Part shown: piece after piece, positions 33,388 through 44,036 of the stretch
Position numbering within the stretch: position 1 is the first letter of the stretch
How the letters are laid out: each line of letters begins with the position of its first letter
Assembly (NCBI GenBank): GCA_036522615.1
Contig: DATDFN010000168.1
Coordinates: 1-48,936, forward strand
From: Candidatus Binatia bacterium
GTDB lineage: Bacteria > Desulfobacterota > Binatia > UBA9968
Length of the DNA stretch: 48,936 nucleotides
Direction: 5' to 3'
Program-made: the position numbers and the translations under genes
The notes under the pieces: generated by a model
Seen by the model: the letters and a program-made list of their open reading frames with translations, nothing else
What the model was told of the DNA's origin: nothing
Database searches by the model: none

Positions 33388-34350
33388 ATGGAGATTCTCA
33401 GACACCTCGACAGACCGCTCTCGATCCCGCAGCCGGTCTTGATGCTTGGAAACTTCGACGGCGTTCACCTGGGCCATCAGGCGTTGATCGGGAGCGCCGT
33501 TGCCGACGCGAAAGAGTCCGGCGGACGCGCCGTGGTCTTTACTTTCGAGCCGCATCCTTTGAAGGTGCTCGCGCCGGAGCGCGCACCGCGGCTGATTCTC
33601 ACGCACGCCGACAAGATGGCGCTGCTCGAATTCTACGGCGCGGAAACCGTCATCATCCAAAAATTCGACATGGACTTCGCACACATCGAGGCGGAAAAAT
33701 TCGTCGACGAGTATCTCGTCCGGCGCATCGGGGTGCGCAAGGTGTGGGTGGGTAAGGATCTTCGCTTCGGCAAGGGGAGAAAGGGGCGGGTCGAGGACCT
33801 GATTCGCGGGGGCCAGCAGCGTGGCTTCGGCGTCGGCGTCGTCGGTCCGATCGAAATCGACGGCCACCGCGTGAGCAGCAGCCGGATACGCACACTGATC
33901 GAGCGTGGGCAGGTGAGGCAGGCCGGGCAATATCTCGGACGCTTTCATTTCATTTCCGGGCGTGTCGTCCCGGGACACGGCCGCGGTCGCGACATGGGCT
34001 TCCCGACCGCGAACATCGAATCCGCGACGGAGGCGGTGCCGCTCGATGGAATTTACGCGACGATGCTGGATGTCGGCGGCCGCCGCCTGCAATCGGCCAC
34101 CAGTATCGGCGTCAATCCGACGTTCGGCGCGGGTCCGCGCACAATTGAAAGCTATGTCTTCGACTTTGACGGCGATCTCTACGGCCGCGACGTGAAGCTT
34201 TATTTTATCGAGCGGATTCGCGAGGAAAAAAAGTTCTCTTCTTCGGAATCTCTGGCGGAGCAGATCGAGCAGGACGTCGCCAATGTGCGCGAGATCCTCA
34301 GCGGCACCAATTTTGCCGCGATCCCGCCGAATTCCGGATCCACAGCATAG
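33388..34350 (+). CDS. ribF: bifunctional riboflavin kinase / FMN adenylyltransferase
   Basis: GNFDGVHLGHQ, SSSRIR and GRVVPGHGRGRDMGFPTAN motifs. Confidence 0.94.
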   Translation: MEILRHLDRPLSIPQPVLMLGNFDGVHLGHQALIGSAVADAKESGGRAVVFTFEPHPLKVLAPERAPRLILTHADKMALLEFYGAETVIIQKFDMDFAHIEAEKFVDEYLVRRIGVRKVWVGKDLRFGKGRKGRVEDLIRGGQQRGFGVGVVGPIEIDGHRVSSSRIRTLIERGQVRQAGQYLGRFHFISGRVVPGHGRGRDMGFPTANIESATEAVPLDGIYATMLDVGGRRLQSATSIGVNPTFGAGPRTIESYVFDFDGDLYGRDVKLYFIERIREEKKFSSSESLAEQIEQDVANVREILSGTNFAAIPPNSGSTA

Positions 34351-34390
34351 AGCGGCTGCGCTGCGCAGCGGCGGCTGGAACAGGCAAGCG

Positions 34391-35437
34391 ATGCATGAAA
34401 CGCCGGCGCCGGGGACGGGCACCCATCAGGCGCTGATCGAGGCGTCGGACGCCGGTATGCGTCTCGATCTCTTTCTGACGCGCCGGTTTGCGCCCGCGGC
34501 AGCCTGGACGCGCTCCGCCGTTCAGAAAATGATCGCCGAAGGCGCCGTCACGCTGAACGGCCGAAGGACCAAGCCCGGCGCGAGGCTAAAAGTGGGCGAT
34601 CGAATTGACCTGACGGCGCCGACGGTCGCGGAGACCGCGCTTGTGGCCGAGCCGCTTGCGCTGGATATCCTCTACGAAGACGCCGACTGCATCGTGGTCA
34701 ATAAAGCTCCGGGGATGGTGGTCCATCCCGCGGCGGGATGGAGAGCGGGAACGCTCGTAAACGCGCTGTTGCATCACTGCCCCGATCTTCCTGGCATCGG
34801 CGGCGAGCGCCGGCCAGGCATCGTTCACCGGCTCGACAAAGATACGTCGGGCGTCATGGTCGTCGCTAAACATGATGCCGCGTTTCAGCGGCTCGCTGCC
34901 GACTTCAAGGCGCGGCGCGTCGAGAAGGAATACGTCGCGCTCGCGTGGGGCATCATGGCGAAGTCCGACGGCGCGATCGATCGGTCGATCGGCCGCCATC
35001 GCAGCCAGCGAAAAAAAATGTCGAGCGTGCACGCGCTCGCGCGCGTCCGCGAGGCTTTGACGAACTGGCATGTCGAGAAAATGTTTCCTTCCGGCGCGAA
35101 AGCCGGTCGCTTCGCCCACGTGAGCTTGCTGCGGCTGAGGCCGCAGAGCGGGAGGACGCATCAGCTGCGCGTCCATTTGGCGGACGACGGACACCCGATC
35201 GTCGGCGATCAAGTTTACGGGCCGGCGCCGGCGACGATCGCTCAGCACGGCGCCGATCCGGCGCTCAGCGGTTTTCCGCGCCAGGCGCTGCACGCCGCCA
35301 GCCTGCGCTTCGCCCATCCCATGACCGGAGCGGTTATGGAATTTTCCGCGCAGCCGCCGCCGGACATGCAGGGCCTTTTGCTCCGGCTGCGCGCGCTCCG
35401 CGCGGCTGCCGACGGGTCCGAAAAGAAAAGGGGTTGA
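34391..35437 (+). CDS. rluD: RluA-family 23S rRNA pseudouridine synthase (RluD-like, S4 domain + catalytic domain)
   Basis: Track ORF trimmed to ATG 34391. Has the S4-like RLDLFL...SRSAVQKMI segment and the catalytic motif GIVHRLDKDTSGVMVVAK. Confidence 0.85.
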   Translation: MHETPAPGTGTHQALIEASDAGMRLDLFLTRRFAPAAAWTRSAVQKMIAEGAVTLNGRRTKPGARLKVGDRIDLTAPTVAETALVAEPLALDILYEDADCIVVNKAPGMVVHPAAGWRAGTLVNALLHHCPDLPGIGGERRPGIVHRLDKDTSGVMVVAKHDAAFQRLAADFKARRVEKEYVALAWGIMAKSDGAIDRSIGRHRSQRKKMSSVHALARVREALTNWHVEKMFPSGAKAGRFAHVSLLRLRPQSGRTHQLRVHLADDGHPIVGDQVYGPAPATIAQHGADPALSGFPRQALHAASLRFAHPMTGAVMEFSAQPPPDMQGLLLRLRALRAAADGSEKKRG

Positions 35438-35462
35438 CAAGGTGGCGGGGGTTCCCTATTAT
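35434..35462 (+). promoter_or_regulatory. near-consensus sigma70-type promoter upstream of rho
   Basis: TTGACA (35434-35439, overlapping the rluD TGA), exactly 17 nt spacer, TATTAT (35457-35462). This implies a ~360-nt rho leader. Confidence 0.5.
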
Positions 35463-35831
35463 AAAGGGTACCTGAGGCTTCATCACGAAGTTATTCATTA
35501 AACCAAATCCCACATTTTTATACGTTAAGGTTCACTGAGTCCCGGCCAAGTTGATTTTGGATCGCGAGCGAAATATTCACGTTCGTATCGAAAAGCCTGA
35601 TTGCCCTGCCGGCACCGCGACATGATGGCGGACTGTATGGCCAGCCTAAATTGCGTCGTCGATCGCGTCTCGAATCGCTTGGGCACGAAGTTCGCCGAAC
35701 GCTGCGCCGTTGCGCGTTGAAAACGACGGGCGAGGCGTTCACGCCGGACCCCACGAGTGGGAAACGAAGTTTAGTATTCCGTCGGCGGAAGCCGGTTCAC
35801 TTTAGCGCACACGAAAGGAGAGGAAAGTTTT

Positions 35832-37139
35832 ATGGTCCGAGGCAGTCCCCGGGCCGAGAGAACTGAGCCCGAGGCCGTGGAAGACGGCAAGCTCAATCTC
35901 AAGGCTCTCAAAGAAAAGAAGATCAGCGACCTCGCGCTGATCGGCAAAAATTTCAACATCGAAGGCGCCGCCAATATGCGCAAGCAGGAGTTGATTTTCG
36001 CGATCCTGCAGGCGCAGACCGAGCAGAACGGCTTCATTTACGGTGAAGGCGTTTTGGAGACACTGCCCGACGGCTTCGGCTTTCTGCGCGCCCCGGACTA
36101 CAACTACCTTCCCGGACCGGACGACATCTACGTCTCGCCGAGCCAGATCCGCCGCTTCAACCTACGTACCGGCGATGTCATTTCGGGTCAGATTCGCCCG
36201 CCGAAAGAGGGCGAGCGCTACTTCGCGCTGCTCAAGGTGGAGACGATCAACTACGAAGACCCGGAAAAGGCCCGCGACAAGATTCTCTTCGACAACCTGA
36301 CCCCGCTCTATCCGAACGAGCGCCTGCGGCTGGAATACCAGCCCGAGGACTACACGACGCGCATCGTCGACCTGATGACGCCGATCGGCAAGGGGCAGCG
36401 CGGGCTGATCGTCGCCGCGCCGCGCACCGGCAAGACCATGATGCTGCAGCACATCGCCAAGGCGATCGCGCAGAACCACAAGGAGACCGTGCTGATCGTG
36501 CTCCTGATCGACGAGCGGCCGGAAGAGGTCACCGATATGCAGCGCTCGGTCGACGGCGAGGTCGTGAGCTCGACGTTTGACGAGCCTGCGACGCGCCACG
36601 TTCAGGTAGCGGAGATGGTGATCGAGAAAGCCAAGCGTCTGGTAGAGCACGGCAAAGACGTCGTCATCCTGCTCGACAGCATTACGCGGCTCGCGCGCGC
36701 GTACAACACCGTCGTTCCGCCGAGCGGCAAGATACTATCCGGAGGCGTCGACTCCAACGCGCTGCACAAGCCGAAGAAGTTCTTCGGCGCGGCGCGCAAT
36801 ATCGAGGACGGCGGCAGCTTGACGATCATCGCCACCGCGCTGATCGATACCGGCAGCCGCATGGACGAAGTCATCTTCGAAGAGTTCAAGGGAACCGGCA
36901 ACATGGAGGTGCACCTGGATAGGCGCCTGATGGACAAGCGCGTCTTCCCGGCCATCGACATGAACAAGTCGGGCACGCGCAAAGAGGAGCTCCTGATCCC
37001 CAAGGAAGACCTGAACCGCATCTGGATCCTGCGCAAAGTGCTCTCCCAGCTGAACGCGGTCGAGGCGATGGAATTTCTGCTCGACAAGATGCGCGGGACC
37101 AAGGGCAACAAAGAGTTCCTGGACTCGATGAACGCCTGA
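35832..37139 (+). CDS. rho: transcription termination factor Rho
   Basis: N-terminal [17 protein letters not shown]-binding domain FGFLR, Walker [13 protein letters not shown] and [22 protein letters not shown] is present. Confidence 0.96.
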   Translation: MVRGSPRAERTEPEAVEDGKLNLKALKEKKISDLALIGKNFNIEGAANMRKQELIFAILQAQTEQNGFIYGEGVLETLPDGFGFLRAPDYNYLPGPDDIYVSPSQIRRFNLRTGDVISGQIRPPKEGERYFALLKVETINYEDPEKARDKILFDNLTPLYPNERLRLEYQPEDYTTRIVDLMTPIGKGQRGLIVAAPRTGKTMMLQHIAKAIAQNHKETVLIVLLIDERPEEVTDMQRSVDGEVVSSTFDEPATRHVQVAEMVIEKAKRLVEHGKDVVILLDSITRLARAYNTVVPPSGKILSGGVDSNALHKPKKFFGAARNIEDGGSLTIIATALIDTGSRMDEVIFEEFKGTGNMEVHLDRRLMDKRVFPAIDMNKSGTRKEELLIPKEDLNRIWILRKVLSQLNAVEAMEFLLDKMRGTKGNKEFLDSMNA

Positions 37140-37356
37140 TCCGCCCCGGCTTGCGCAGGCGGTTGATCTCTGTTAAAAATCGTAAGTTACCGCTTGAGCG
37201 GTAGTCGTGCGTCCGCGCGGTCCTTCGGCGATTTGGACGGCGCGCGTATTGTAGATTTTTCCAAAAATTACACACCTTTTCCGATGCTCCCCCGGGTGCC
37301 TTCGCGGGTCGGGCGGGCAGATGAGGAAAGGGGAGGAGAAAACCAAAGGACGATTT

Positions 37357-38136
37357 ATGACCGAAATTTCGATGAAGCAGCTTTTAGAAGCGGGGGTCCA
37401 CTTCGGCCACCAGACGAGCCGCTGGAACCCCAAGATGCGCGCCTATATTTTCGGCGCGCGCAACGGCATTCACATCATCGATCTCCAGCAGACCGTGACG
37501 ATGTTCAAGACGGCGGCCGGGTACGTCCGCGACCTCGCGGCCGGCGGCGGGAATCTGCTCTTTGTCGGCACGAAAAAACAAGCGCAGGAAGCCATCAAGG
37601 AAGAGGCCGAGCGCTGCGGCATGTTCCACGTTCAGAACCGCTGGCTCGGCGGCACGCTCACGAACTTCGCGACGATCCGCCAGAGCATCGAGAGGCTGCG
37701 CAAGCTCGAGGAGATGGAAAACGATCCCAAGATCGTCGACGCGCTCACCAAGAAAGAAATGCTCGGCCTCAAGCGCGAGAAAGATAAGCTCGAGCAGTCG
37801 CTCGGCGGCATCAAGGGCATGCGCAAACTTCCGGACGCCATCTTCGTCATCGATCCCAAGCAGGAAGAGATCGCGGTCAAGGAAGCGCGCAAGCTGGGCA
37901 TTCCGGTCGTAGCCGTCGTCGACACCAACTGCGATCCCGACATGGTCGATCACAAAATCCCCGGCAATGACGACGCGATCCGCGCGATCCGTCTTTTCTG
38001 CGCCGCGGTCGCCGACGCCATCATCGAGGGAAAAACCCTCCACGAGCAGGCGCTGACTCGGCCCGCCGGCGACACCGCTTCGGAGGCGCCGCTCCCGATC
38101 GAGGAGGCGCCGACCTCCGTCGCCGCCGGGTCCTAA
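37357..38136 (+). CDS. rpsB: 30S ribosomal protein S2
   Basis: Track ORF trimmed to ATG 37357. [19 protein letters not shown] motif with a strong GGGGAGGAG SD upstream. Confidence 0.96.
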   Translation: MTEISMKQLLEAGVHFGHQTSRWNPKMRAYIFGARNGIHIIDLQQTVTMFKTAAGYVRDLAAGGGNLLFVGTKKQAQEAIKEEAERCGMFHVQNRWLGGTLTNFATIRQSIERLRKLEEMENDPKIVDALTKKEMLGLKREKDKLEQSLGGIKGMRKLPDAIFVIDPKQEEIAVKEARKLGIPVVAVVDTNCDPDMVDHKIPGNDDAIRAIRLFCAAVADAIIEGKTLHEQALTRPAGDTASEAPLPIEEAPTSVAAGS

Positions 38137-38157
38137 ATTTCGGAGAAGTACACATCC

Positions 38158-38763
38158 ATGGAAGTCAACGCATCCACGGTTAAAGAACTAAGGGAAAAGA
38201 CCGGCGCTGGCGTGATGGACTGTAAGAAGGCGCTCGCCGAGTGTGCCGGCAATCTTGAAAAAGCCGTCGATTATCTGCGTCAGAAGGGCCTTGCGGCAGC
38301 GGCGAAAAAAATGAGCCGCGTCGCCGCCGAGGGCCTCGTCGGAGCCTATATTCACGCCGGCGGCAAGATCGGCGTCATGGTCGAGCTCAATTGCGAGACC
38401 GATTTCGTCGCGCGCACGCCGGAATACCAGGCGCTGCTGAAAGACATCGCCATGCAGGTCGCGGCGGCGAGCCCGCGCTATGTTCGGCGCGAAGACGTGC
38501 CGCCCGAAGAGATCGAGCGCGAGCGCGCCATCTATCGCACTCAGGTGTTGGAGCAGGGCAAGCCGGAAAAGATCATCGATAAGATCGTCGAGGGCAAATT
38601 GGACCGCTTCTATTCGGAAATCTGTCTGATCGAGCAGGCCTTCATCAAGGACCCCGACCGCAAGGTCGGCGACCTGCTGCGGGACGCGGTCGCGCGCATG
38701 GGAGAGAACATCCAGGTCCGGCGCTTCATGCGGTACCAGGTTGGCGAAGGGGTCGAAAAGTAG
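38158..38763 (+). CDS. tsf: translation elongation factor Ts (short form)
   Basis: [19 protein letters not shown] and [11 protein letters not shown] motifs; 201 aa. Confidence 0.95.
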   Translation: MEVNASTVKELREKTGAGVMDCKKALAECAGNLEKAVDYLRQKGLAAAAKKMSRVAAEGLVGAYIHAGGKIGVMVELNCETDFVARTPEYQALLKDIAMQVAAASPRYVRREDVPPEEIERERAIYRTQVLEQGKPEKIIDKIVEGKLDRFYSEICLIEQAFIKDPDRKVGDLLRDAVARMGENIQVRRFMRYQVGEGVEK

Positions 38764-38776
38764 TGGACGACGGCCG

Positions 38777-39496
38777 GTGAACAACGTCCTCAAGTACAAG
38801 CGGGTCATCCTCAAAGTCACCGGCGAAGCCCTCGGCGGCGAAGAAAAATACGGCATCGACAGCGCGACCGTCCGGTCGTTCGCTGAAGAAATCAAAGAAG
38901 TCAAAGCTCTCGGCTGCGAGATGGCGATCGTCATCGGCGGCGGAAACATCTTTCGCGGCGCGCAGCTGAGCGAGGGCGGCATGGAGCGCGCCACGGCCGA
39001 TTATATGGGCATGCTGGCGACGGTGATCAATAGCCTCGCGCTGCAGGACGCGCTGGAAAAGATCGGCGTTTCGACACGGGTCATGTCGGCGATCGAGATG
39101 CGCCAGGTGGCCGAACCCTACATCCGGCGGCGCGCCACGCGCCATCTGGAGAAAGGGCGCGTCGTCATCTTCGCCGGCGGCACCGGCAACCCCTATTTCA
39201 CCACAGACACGACCGCGAGCCTCCGCGCGATGGAGATCGGCGCCGAGGTGATCCTCAAGGCGACCAAAGTCTCGGGCGTCTTCGACTCCGACCCGATGAA
39301 AAACAGCGAAGCGAAGAAATACGGCCGCTTGAGCTACATCGAAGTTCTCAATAAAGAACTCAAGGTGATGGACTCGACGGCGATCTCGCTCTGCATGGAC
39401 AACCATCTTCCGATCGTCGTCTTCAATCTCATGGAGAAAGGCAACATCAAGCGGGTGGTGTGCGGGGAGGAGATCGGGACGCTGGTTGCGCGGTGA
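38777..39496 (+). CDS. pyrH: UMP kinase
   Basis: [25 protein letters not shown] and [14 protein letters not shown] motifs. GTG 38777 is preferred because it follows the tsf stop; the track start TTG 38741 is an alternative. Confidence 0.94.
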   Translation: MNNVLKYKRVILKVTGEALGGEEKYGIDSATVRSFAEEIKEVKALGCEMAIVIGGGNIFRGAQLSEGGMERATADYMGMLATVINSLALQDALEKIGVSTRVMSAIEMRQVAEPYIRRRATRHLEKGRVVIFAGGTGNPYFTTDTTASLRAMEIGAEVILKATKVSGVFDSDPMKNSEAKKYGRLSYIEVLNKELKVMDSTAISLCMDNHLPIVVFNLMEKGNIKRVVCGEEIGTLVAR

Positions 39497-39500
39497 ACCT

Positions 39501-40058
39501 ATGAATGAAGGCTTTTATTCCGAGCTGCAGAAGGAAATGGACCGGGTGATCGTGGCCTTCCGCAAGGAGCTTTCGAAGCTCCGCACCGGCAGGGCATCGA
39601 CCGCGCTCCTCGAAGGCATCATGGTCGACTACTACGGCACACAGACGCCGCTCAACCAGGTGGCGACGCTGAACGCGCCCGAGCCGCGCCTGCTGGTGAT
39701 CCAGCCGTACGACCGCTCGGCGATGGCGAACATCGAGAAGGCGATCCAGAAGTCCGACCTCGGGCTCACGCCGAACAACGACGGCAAGGTCATCCGTATT
39801 CCGATCCCCGCGCTCACGCAGGAGCGGCGGCAGGAACTCGTCAAGCACGTGAAGAAAATCGCCGAAGAGTTCCGCGTCTCCGTCCGCAACCACCGCCACG
39901 CGGCGCTCGAAAAAATGAAGGAAGCCGAAAAGAAAAAAGAGATCACCGAAGACGTGCATAAGCACGGCAAGGACCGGGTCGAGAAGATCACCAAGGACTT
40001 TATCGACAAGGTCGACCAGGTGCTCAAGGTCAAAGAAAACGAGATCATGGAAGTCTGA
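39501..40058 (+). CDS. frr: ribosome recycling factor
   Basis: Trimmed to ATG 39501. LSKLRTGRAS, the YG..TPLNQVA consensus (here YYGTQTPLNQVA) and LTQERRQELVK motifs. Confidence 0.95.
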   Translation: MNEGFYSELQKEMDRVIVAFRKELSKLRTGRASTALLEGIMVDYYGTQTPLNQVATLNAPEPRLLVIQPYDRSAMANIEKAIQKSDLGLTPNNDGKVIRIPIPALTQERRQELVKHVKKIAEEFRVSVRNHRHAALEKMKEAEKKKEITEDVHKHGKDRVEKITKDFIDKVDQVLKVKENEIMEV

Positions 40059-40109
40059 TCGAACTCCCTCCTACCGTGAACCGTCGACCGGCATAACATC
40101 CCCGAAAAG

Positions 40110-40886
40110 ATGAACCTGAGCGGCCTCGACAAGAGCCGGCTGCCCCGCCATGTGGCCGTTATTATGGACGGCAACGGGCGTTGGGCGAAGCTCCGCGGCA
40201 AGAGCCGCACCGAGGGGCACCGACGCGGCACGGCGTCGGTGCGCGCGGTCGTCGAGATGAGCCGCAAACTGGGCATCCCGTATCTCTCGCTCTACGCCTT
40301 CTCGACGGAGAACTGGTTCCGGCCGCAGGATGAAGTGAGCGCGCTGATGGGCATGCTCGAGCATTACCTCGTGGCCGAGCAGCCCAAGATGATGCGCCAC
40401 GGCATCCGCCTGAAGGCGATCGGCGACCGCCGGCGGTTGCCGCCGAGCGTGCGCCGCATTCTCGCGCGCGTCGAATGCCTGACGCGCAAGAACCAGGGCA
40501 TGACCGTGCTGCTCGCGCTCAGCTACAGCGGACGCGACGACATCGTGTCGATGGTGCGCCAGGTCGCCCGCGAGGTGAAGGACGGCAAATACTCCGTCGC
40601 CGATATCGACGAGCGGCTGGTCGCGCGCCGCGTGGCGACCGGGGCCGTGCCCGATCCCGATCTTCTCATCCGGACCAGCGGCGAGATGCGCGTGAGCAAT
40701 TTTTTCCTCTGGCAGATCGCCTACACGGAGCTCTACGTAACGCCTACGCTGTGGCCGGATTTTCGCGAGCCGCAGTATCTTCAGGCGCTGCTCGACTTTC
40801 AGCGGCGGCAAAGGCGCTTCGGCCGCACCGACGAACAGATAGGCAACGGCAACGGCTCCGACGGCCTAGAGGCGGACGCCGGGTGA
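40110..40886 (+). CDS. uppS: isoprenyl transferase (undecaprenyl-diphosphate synthase)
   Basis: PRHVAVIMDGNGRWA, LYAFSTENW and LLIRTSGEMRVSNFFLWQIAYTELY motifs. Confidence 0.95.
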   Translation: MNLSGLDKSRLPRHVAVIMDGNGRWAKLRGKSRTEGHRRGTASVRAVVEMSRKLGIPYLSLYAFSTENWFRPQDEVSALMGMLEHYLVAEQPKMMRHGIRLKAIGDRRRLPPSVRRILARVECLTRKNQGMTVLLALSYSGRDDIVSMVRQVAREVKDGKYSVADIDERLVARRVATGAVPDPDLLIRTSGEMRVSNFFLWQIAYTELYVTPTLWPDFREPQYLQALLDFQRRQRRFGRTDEQIGNGNGSDGLEADAG

Positions 40887-41677
40887 GTTCGCAACTGGGC
40901 GCCAGGCTCGTGACGGCGGTTATCGCCGTGCCGGCGCTCATCTGGGCGATCGGCTGGGGCGGCCCGCGCCTGTTCTCGTGGCTCGTCCTCCTCGCCGCCG
41001 CCGTTTCGTTCTGGGAATATTATCGGATGATCTTTGCTTCGCCGTGGCAGCGGGGCGCGGCGACCGTCGTCGGTCTGGCGGTCGCGGCCGGCGTGATCCA
41101 GGACCACGCGATGCCGACGCTGGCGCTCGCCGTTCTCTTTCTCTTTCTTGTTTCCGTCTTCGGCGCGGGGCCGCTTCCGGACCGCTTCCATCGCCTCGGC
41201 TGGATCGTCGTCGGAACGCTGTATATCGGCTTTCTCCTGCCGCACGCCGCGCTCGTCTATCGCTTGGGCGACGGACCTCAATGGATTTTTTTCACGCTCA
41301 TCGTCGTTATGCTCGGCGACACCGCCGCCTACGTCGTCGGCAAGGGGATCGGGAAGATCAAGCTCTATCCCGAAGTGAGCCCGAACAAGACGGTCGAAGG
41401 CGCCGTCGCCTCGACCGTCGCTAGTCTCACGGCGGGCGTCGTTACGGGATATTTTCTACTGCCGGCGTATTCACGGTTCGAGCTCGCCGGCATCGCGTTG
41501 GTCATGAGCGTGCTCGGTCAGGTCGGCGATCTCTTCGAGTCGTGGATCAAGCGCGTTTTCACCGTAAAGGATTCCGGCTCGATCCTGCCGGGCCACGGTG
41601 GGTTGCTCGACCGTCTCGATAGTCTTATATTTCCTCTGGTGTTTATTACCTATTACGCGAGGTTCCTTCCCCGATGA
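40883..41677 (+). CDS. cdsA: phosphatidate cytidylyltransferase
   Basis: Track ORF 40475..41677 trimmed to GTG 40883 (GTGA overlap with the uppS stop). Multi-TM, with GDTAAYVVGK, PNKTVEG and GHGGLLDRLDS motifs. Confidence 0.9.
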   Translation: MSSQLGARLVTAVIAVPALIWAIGWGGPRLFSWLVLLAAAVSFWEYYRMIFASPWQRGAATVVGLAVAAGVIQDHAMPTLALAVLFLFLVSVFGAGPLPDRFHRLGWIVVGTLYIGFLLPHAALVYRLGDGPQWIFFTLIVVMLGDTAAYVVGKGIGKIKLYPEVSPNKTVEGAVASTVASLTAGVVTGYFLLPAYSRFELAGIALVMSVLGQVGDLFESWIKRVFTVKDSGSILPGHGGLLDRLDSLIFPLVFITYYARFLPR

Positions 41678-42885
41678 GGCGGGTCGCCATCCTGGGCTCC
41701 ACCGGATCGGTCGGCGTGAGCACGCTCGATATCGCGCGGAGCTTTCCGGATGACTTCCGCGTGAGCGGCCTCGCCGCGGGGAGGAACGTCAAGCTCCTGG
41801 CGGCGCAGATCAAACAGTTCGCCCCGCCGTGCGCCAGCGTGGCCGATGAAGTCTCCGCGCTCGAGCTGAAAAAGCTCGTCGGAAAAACGACGACCGAAAT
41901 TCTCTGGGGCGAGCACGGCGCGTCCGCGGTGGCAGCTTCCAGCGGCGCGGACGTCGTTCTCGCGGCCATCGTCGGCGGCGCGGGCCTCGTGCCGACGCTT
42001 GCCGGCCTCCGCGCCGGCAAAGAGCTCGCGCTCGCGAACAAAGAATCCCTTGTGATGGCCGGCGAGATCTTCATCCGCGAGGCGCACGAGCGCGGCGTGC
42101 GGCTTCTTCCAGTAGACAGCGAGCACAGCGCGATCTTTCAGTGCCTGCAGGGCAACCGGACCGAAGACGTCGAGCAGATCATCCTCACCGCCTCGGGCGG
42201 GCCGTTCCTGCGAGCATCGCTCAAAAGCCTCGACCGGGTCACGGTCAAGCAGGCGCTCAAACACCCGAACTGGAAAATGGGGCCGAAGATCACCGTCGAT
42301 TCGGCGACCATGATGAACAAAGGGCTCGAAGTCGTCGAGGCGCGCTGGCTTTTCGGCCTCGAACCGCCGCGGGTCGACGTCGTTATTCATCCGCAAAGCG
42401 TCGTCCATTCGATGGTCCGTTACCGCGACGGATCGGTGATCGCGCAACTCGGCATTCCCGATATGCGGATCCCGATCGCTTACGCGCTCGCGTATCCGCG
42501 CCGGCTCCAGGCGACTTGGCCGCGCCTCGAGTTGACCGAGCTGAGCGAGCTCAATTTTCTGCCGGTCGAGAAAAAGCGCTACCCCGCGCTCGCGCTCGCC
42601 TTCGAGGCGCTCGCGGCGGGCGGCACGATGCCGGCCGTGCTGAACGCCGCCAACGAGGTCGCGGTCGCCGCTTTCCTGGACAAGCGCATCGGCTTCCGCG
42701 ACATCCACCGCGTGATCGCCGCGACGATGGAGGCGCACGCGCCTTTCCACGCCGCAGACGTGCGGGAGATCCTCGAGACCGACCGGTGGGCGCGCGAGCG
42801 GGCGGGGCGGCTCGTCGCTCGCAACACCCGCAGCCGGTATGGTAAACTACGGGGTGCGCCGCGGCTCGACCGCGGGGTCGCGTAG
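41674..42885 (+). CDS. dxr: 1-deoxy-D-xylulose-5-phosphate reductoisomerase
   Basis: VAILGSTGSVG, LANKESLV, HPNWKMG and DSEHSAIFQCL motifs. ATGA overlap with cdsA. Confidence 0.96.
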   Translation: MRRVAILGSTGSVGVSTLDIARSFPDDFRVSGLAAGRNVKLLAAQIKQFAPPCASVADEVSALELKKLVGKTTTEILWGEHGASAVAASSGADVVLAAIVGGAGLVPTLAGLRAGKELALANKESLVMAGEIFIREAHERGVRLLPVDSEHSAIFQCLQGNRTEDVEQIILTASGGPFLRASLKSLDRVTVKQALKHPNWKMGPKITVDSATMMNKGLEVVEARWLFGLEPPRVDVVIHPQSVVHSMVRYRDGSVIAQLGIPDMRIPIAYALAYPRRLQATWPRLELTELSELNFLPVEKKRYPALALAFEALAAGGTMPAVLNAANEVAVAAFLDKRIGFRDIHRVIAATMEAHAPFHAADVREILETDRWARERAGRLVARNTRSRYGKLRGAPRLDRGVA

Positions 42886-42901
42886 AATAGGAGAGCGCTG
42901 C

Positions 42902-43972
42902 ATGTTGAATGTCATCCAATCGGTCCTCTCGGCGGTCGTCGGGCTGGGCATTCTCATCGTCATCCACGAACTGGGCCATTTTCTGGTCGCGAAAAAGAGC
43001 GGCGTCGGCGTGCTCACGTTTTCGATCGGTTTCGGACCGAAGATTTTGCGCAGAAAGGTAGGCGAGACGGAATACGCGCTCAGCGCCATTCCTTTCGGCG
43101 GCTACGTCAAGATGGTGGGCGAGGATCCCGCCGAAGAGGTGAGCCCCGCGGAGCGTGAAACAGCCTTCTCGCACCAGCCGCTGTGGAAGCGCGCGGCGAT
43201 CGTCGCTGCCGGCCCAGTTTCCAATCTTTTGCTCGCGTTCTTCATTTTCGCCTGCGTCATGGTGTTTTCGGGCGTACGCACCGCGACCACCACGATCGCC
43301 GACGTGGTGGCGAATAACCCGGCGGCGCAAGCCGGCATCCAGAAGGGCGACAGGATCACGGCCATCAACGGGCGTTCGGTCGAGGGCTGGACCGACTTCG
43401 CGCGCCGTATCAAGGACAGCGACGGCGGCCCCCTTCACATCACGCTGGTGCGGGACAACAAAACCGTCGAAGTCACCGTCAATCCCGTCAAGAAGGAGGA
43501 GCGCGACGCCTTCGGCGATAAGCGCGAGGTCTGGTTCATCGGTATCCAGCCGCAAGACTCGGTGACAAAGGTGACGCCGGTCGCCGCGATCGGCCAGGCG
43601 TTCGTTCAGACGCGCGACCTCTCGCTCTTCACACTTGTAGCGCTCTATAAAATGGTCAAGGGCGATATCTCGCCTAAGACGCTCGGCGGTCCGCTCCTGA
43701 TCGCCCAGGTGGCCGGCCAGCAGGCGCGCGAAGGCGTCGTCACGTTTTTTCTTTTCGTCGCGCTTCTCAGCATCAATCTCGGCGTATTGAACCTGCTGCC
43801 GATTCCGGTCCTCGACGGCGGGCATCTCTTTTTCTTCCTGATCGAGGGTGTTCTCGGCCGGCCGGTGGGTGAGAAGCAGCGCGAGCGCGCGCAGCAGGTC
43901 GGCGTCGTGCTGCTGATCCTCGTCATGGCCTACGCGTTCTACAACGACATCGCCAGATTCTTCGAAGGCTAG
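42902..43972 (+). CDS. rseP: RIP metalloprotease RseP (site-2 protease, M50)
   Basis: Trimmed to ATG 42902. HELGHFLVAK (HExxH), one PDZ-like segment (AAQAGIQKGDRITAING) and NLLPIPVLDGGH. Confidence 0.93.
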   Translation: MLNVIQSVLSAVVGLGILIVIHELGHFLVAKKSGVGVLTFSIGFGPKILRRKVGETEYALSAIPFGGYVKMVGEDPAEEVSPAERETAFSHQPLWKRAAIVAAGPVSNLLLAFFIFACVMVFSGVRTATTTIADVVANNPAAQAGIQKGDRITAINGRSVEGWTDFARRIKDSDGGPLHITLVRDNKTVEVTVNPVKKEERDAFGDKREVWFIGIQPQDSVTKVTPVAAIGQAFVQTRDLSLFTLVALYKMVKGDISPKTLGGPLLIAQVAGQQAREGVVTFFLFVALLSINLGVLNLLPIPVLDGGHLFFFLIEGVLGRPVGEKQRERAQQVGVVLLILVMAYAFYNDIARFFEG

Positions 43973-44036
43973 CAGGCGTCGGCGTCATGTAGTGGGCGGT
44001 AGAACGCGCTAACGCCTTCCGCTATCGCCTTTCTTT

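Noticed and set aside
35518-35866. Small ORFs in the rho leader (35518..35754 minus, 35651..35866 plus) as possible hidden genes.
   Set aside because: They have no Shine-Dalgarno, their sequences are Arg/Ser-rich and non-protein-like, and one runs into the rho start. They are treated as part of the untranslated leader.
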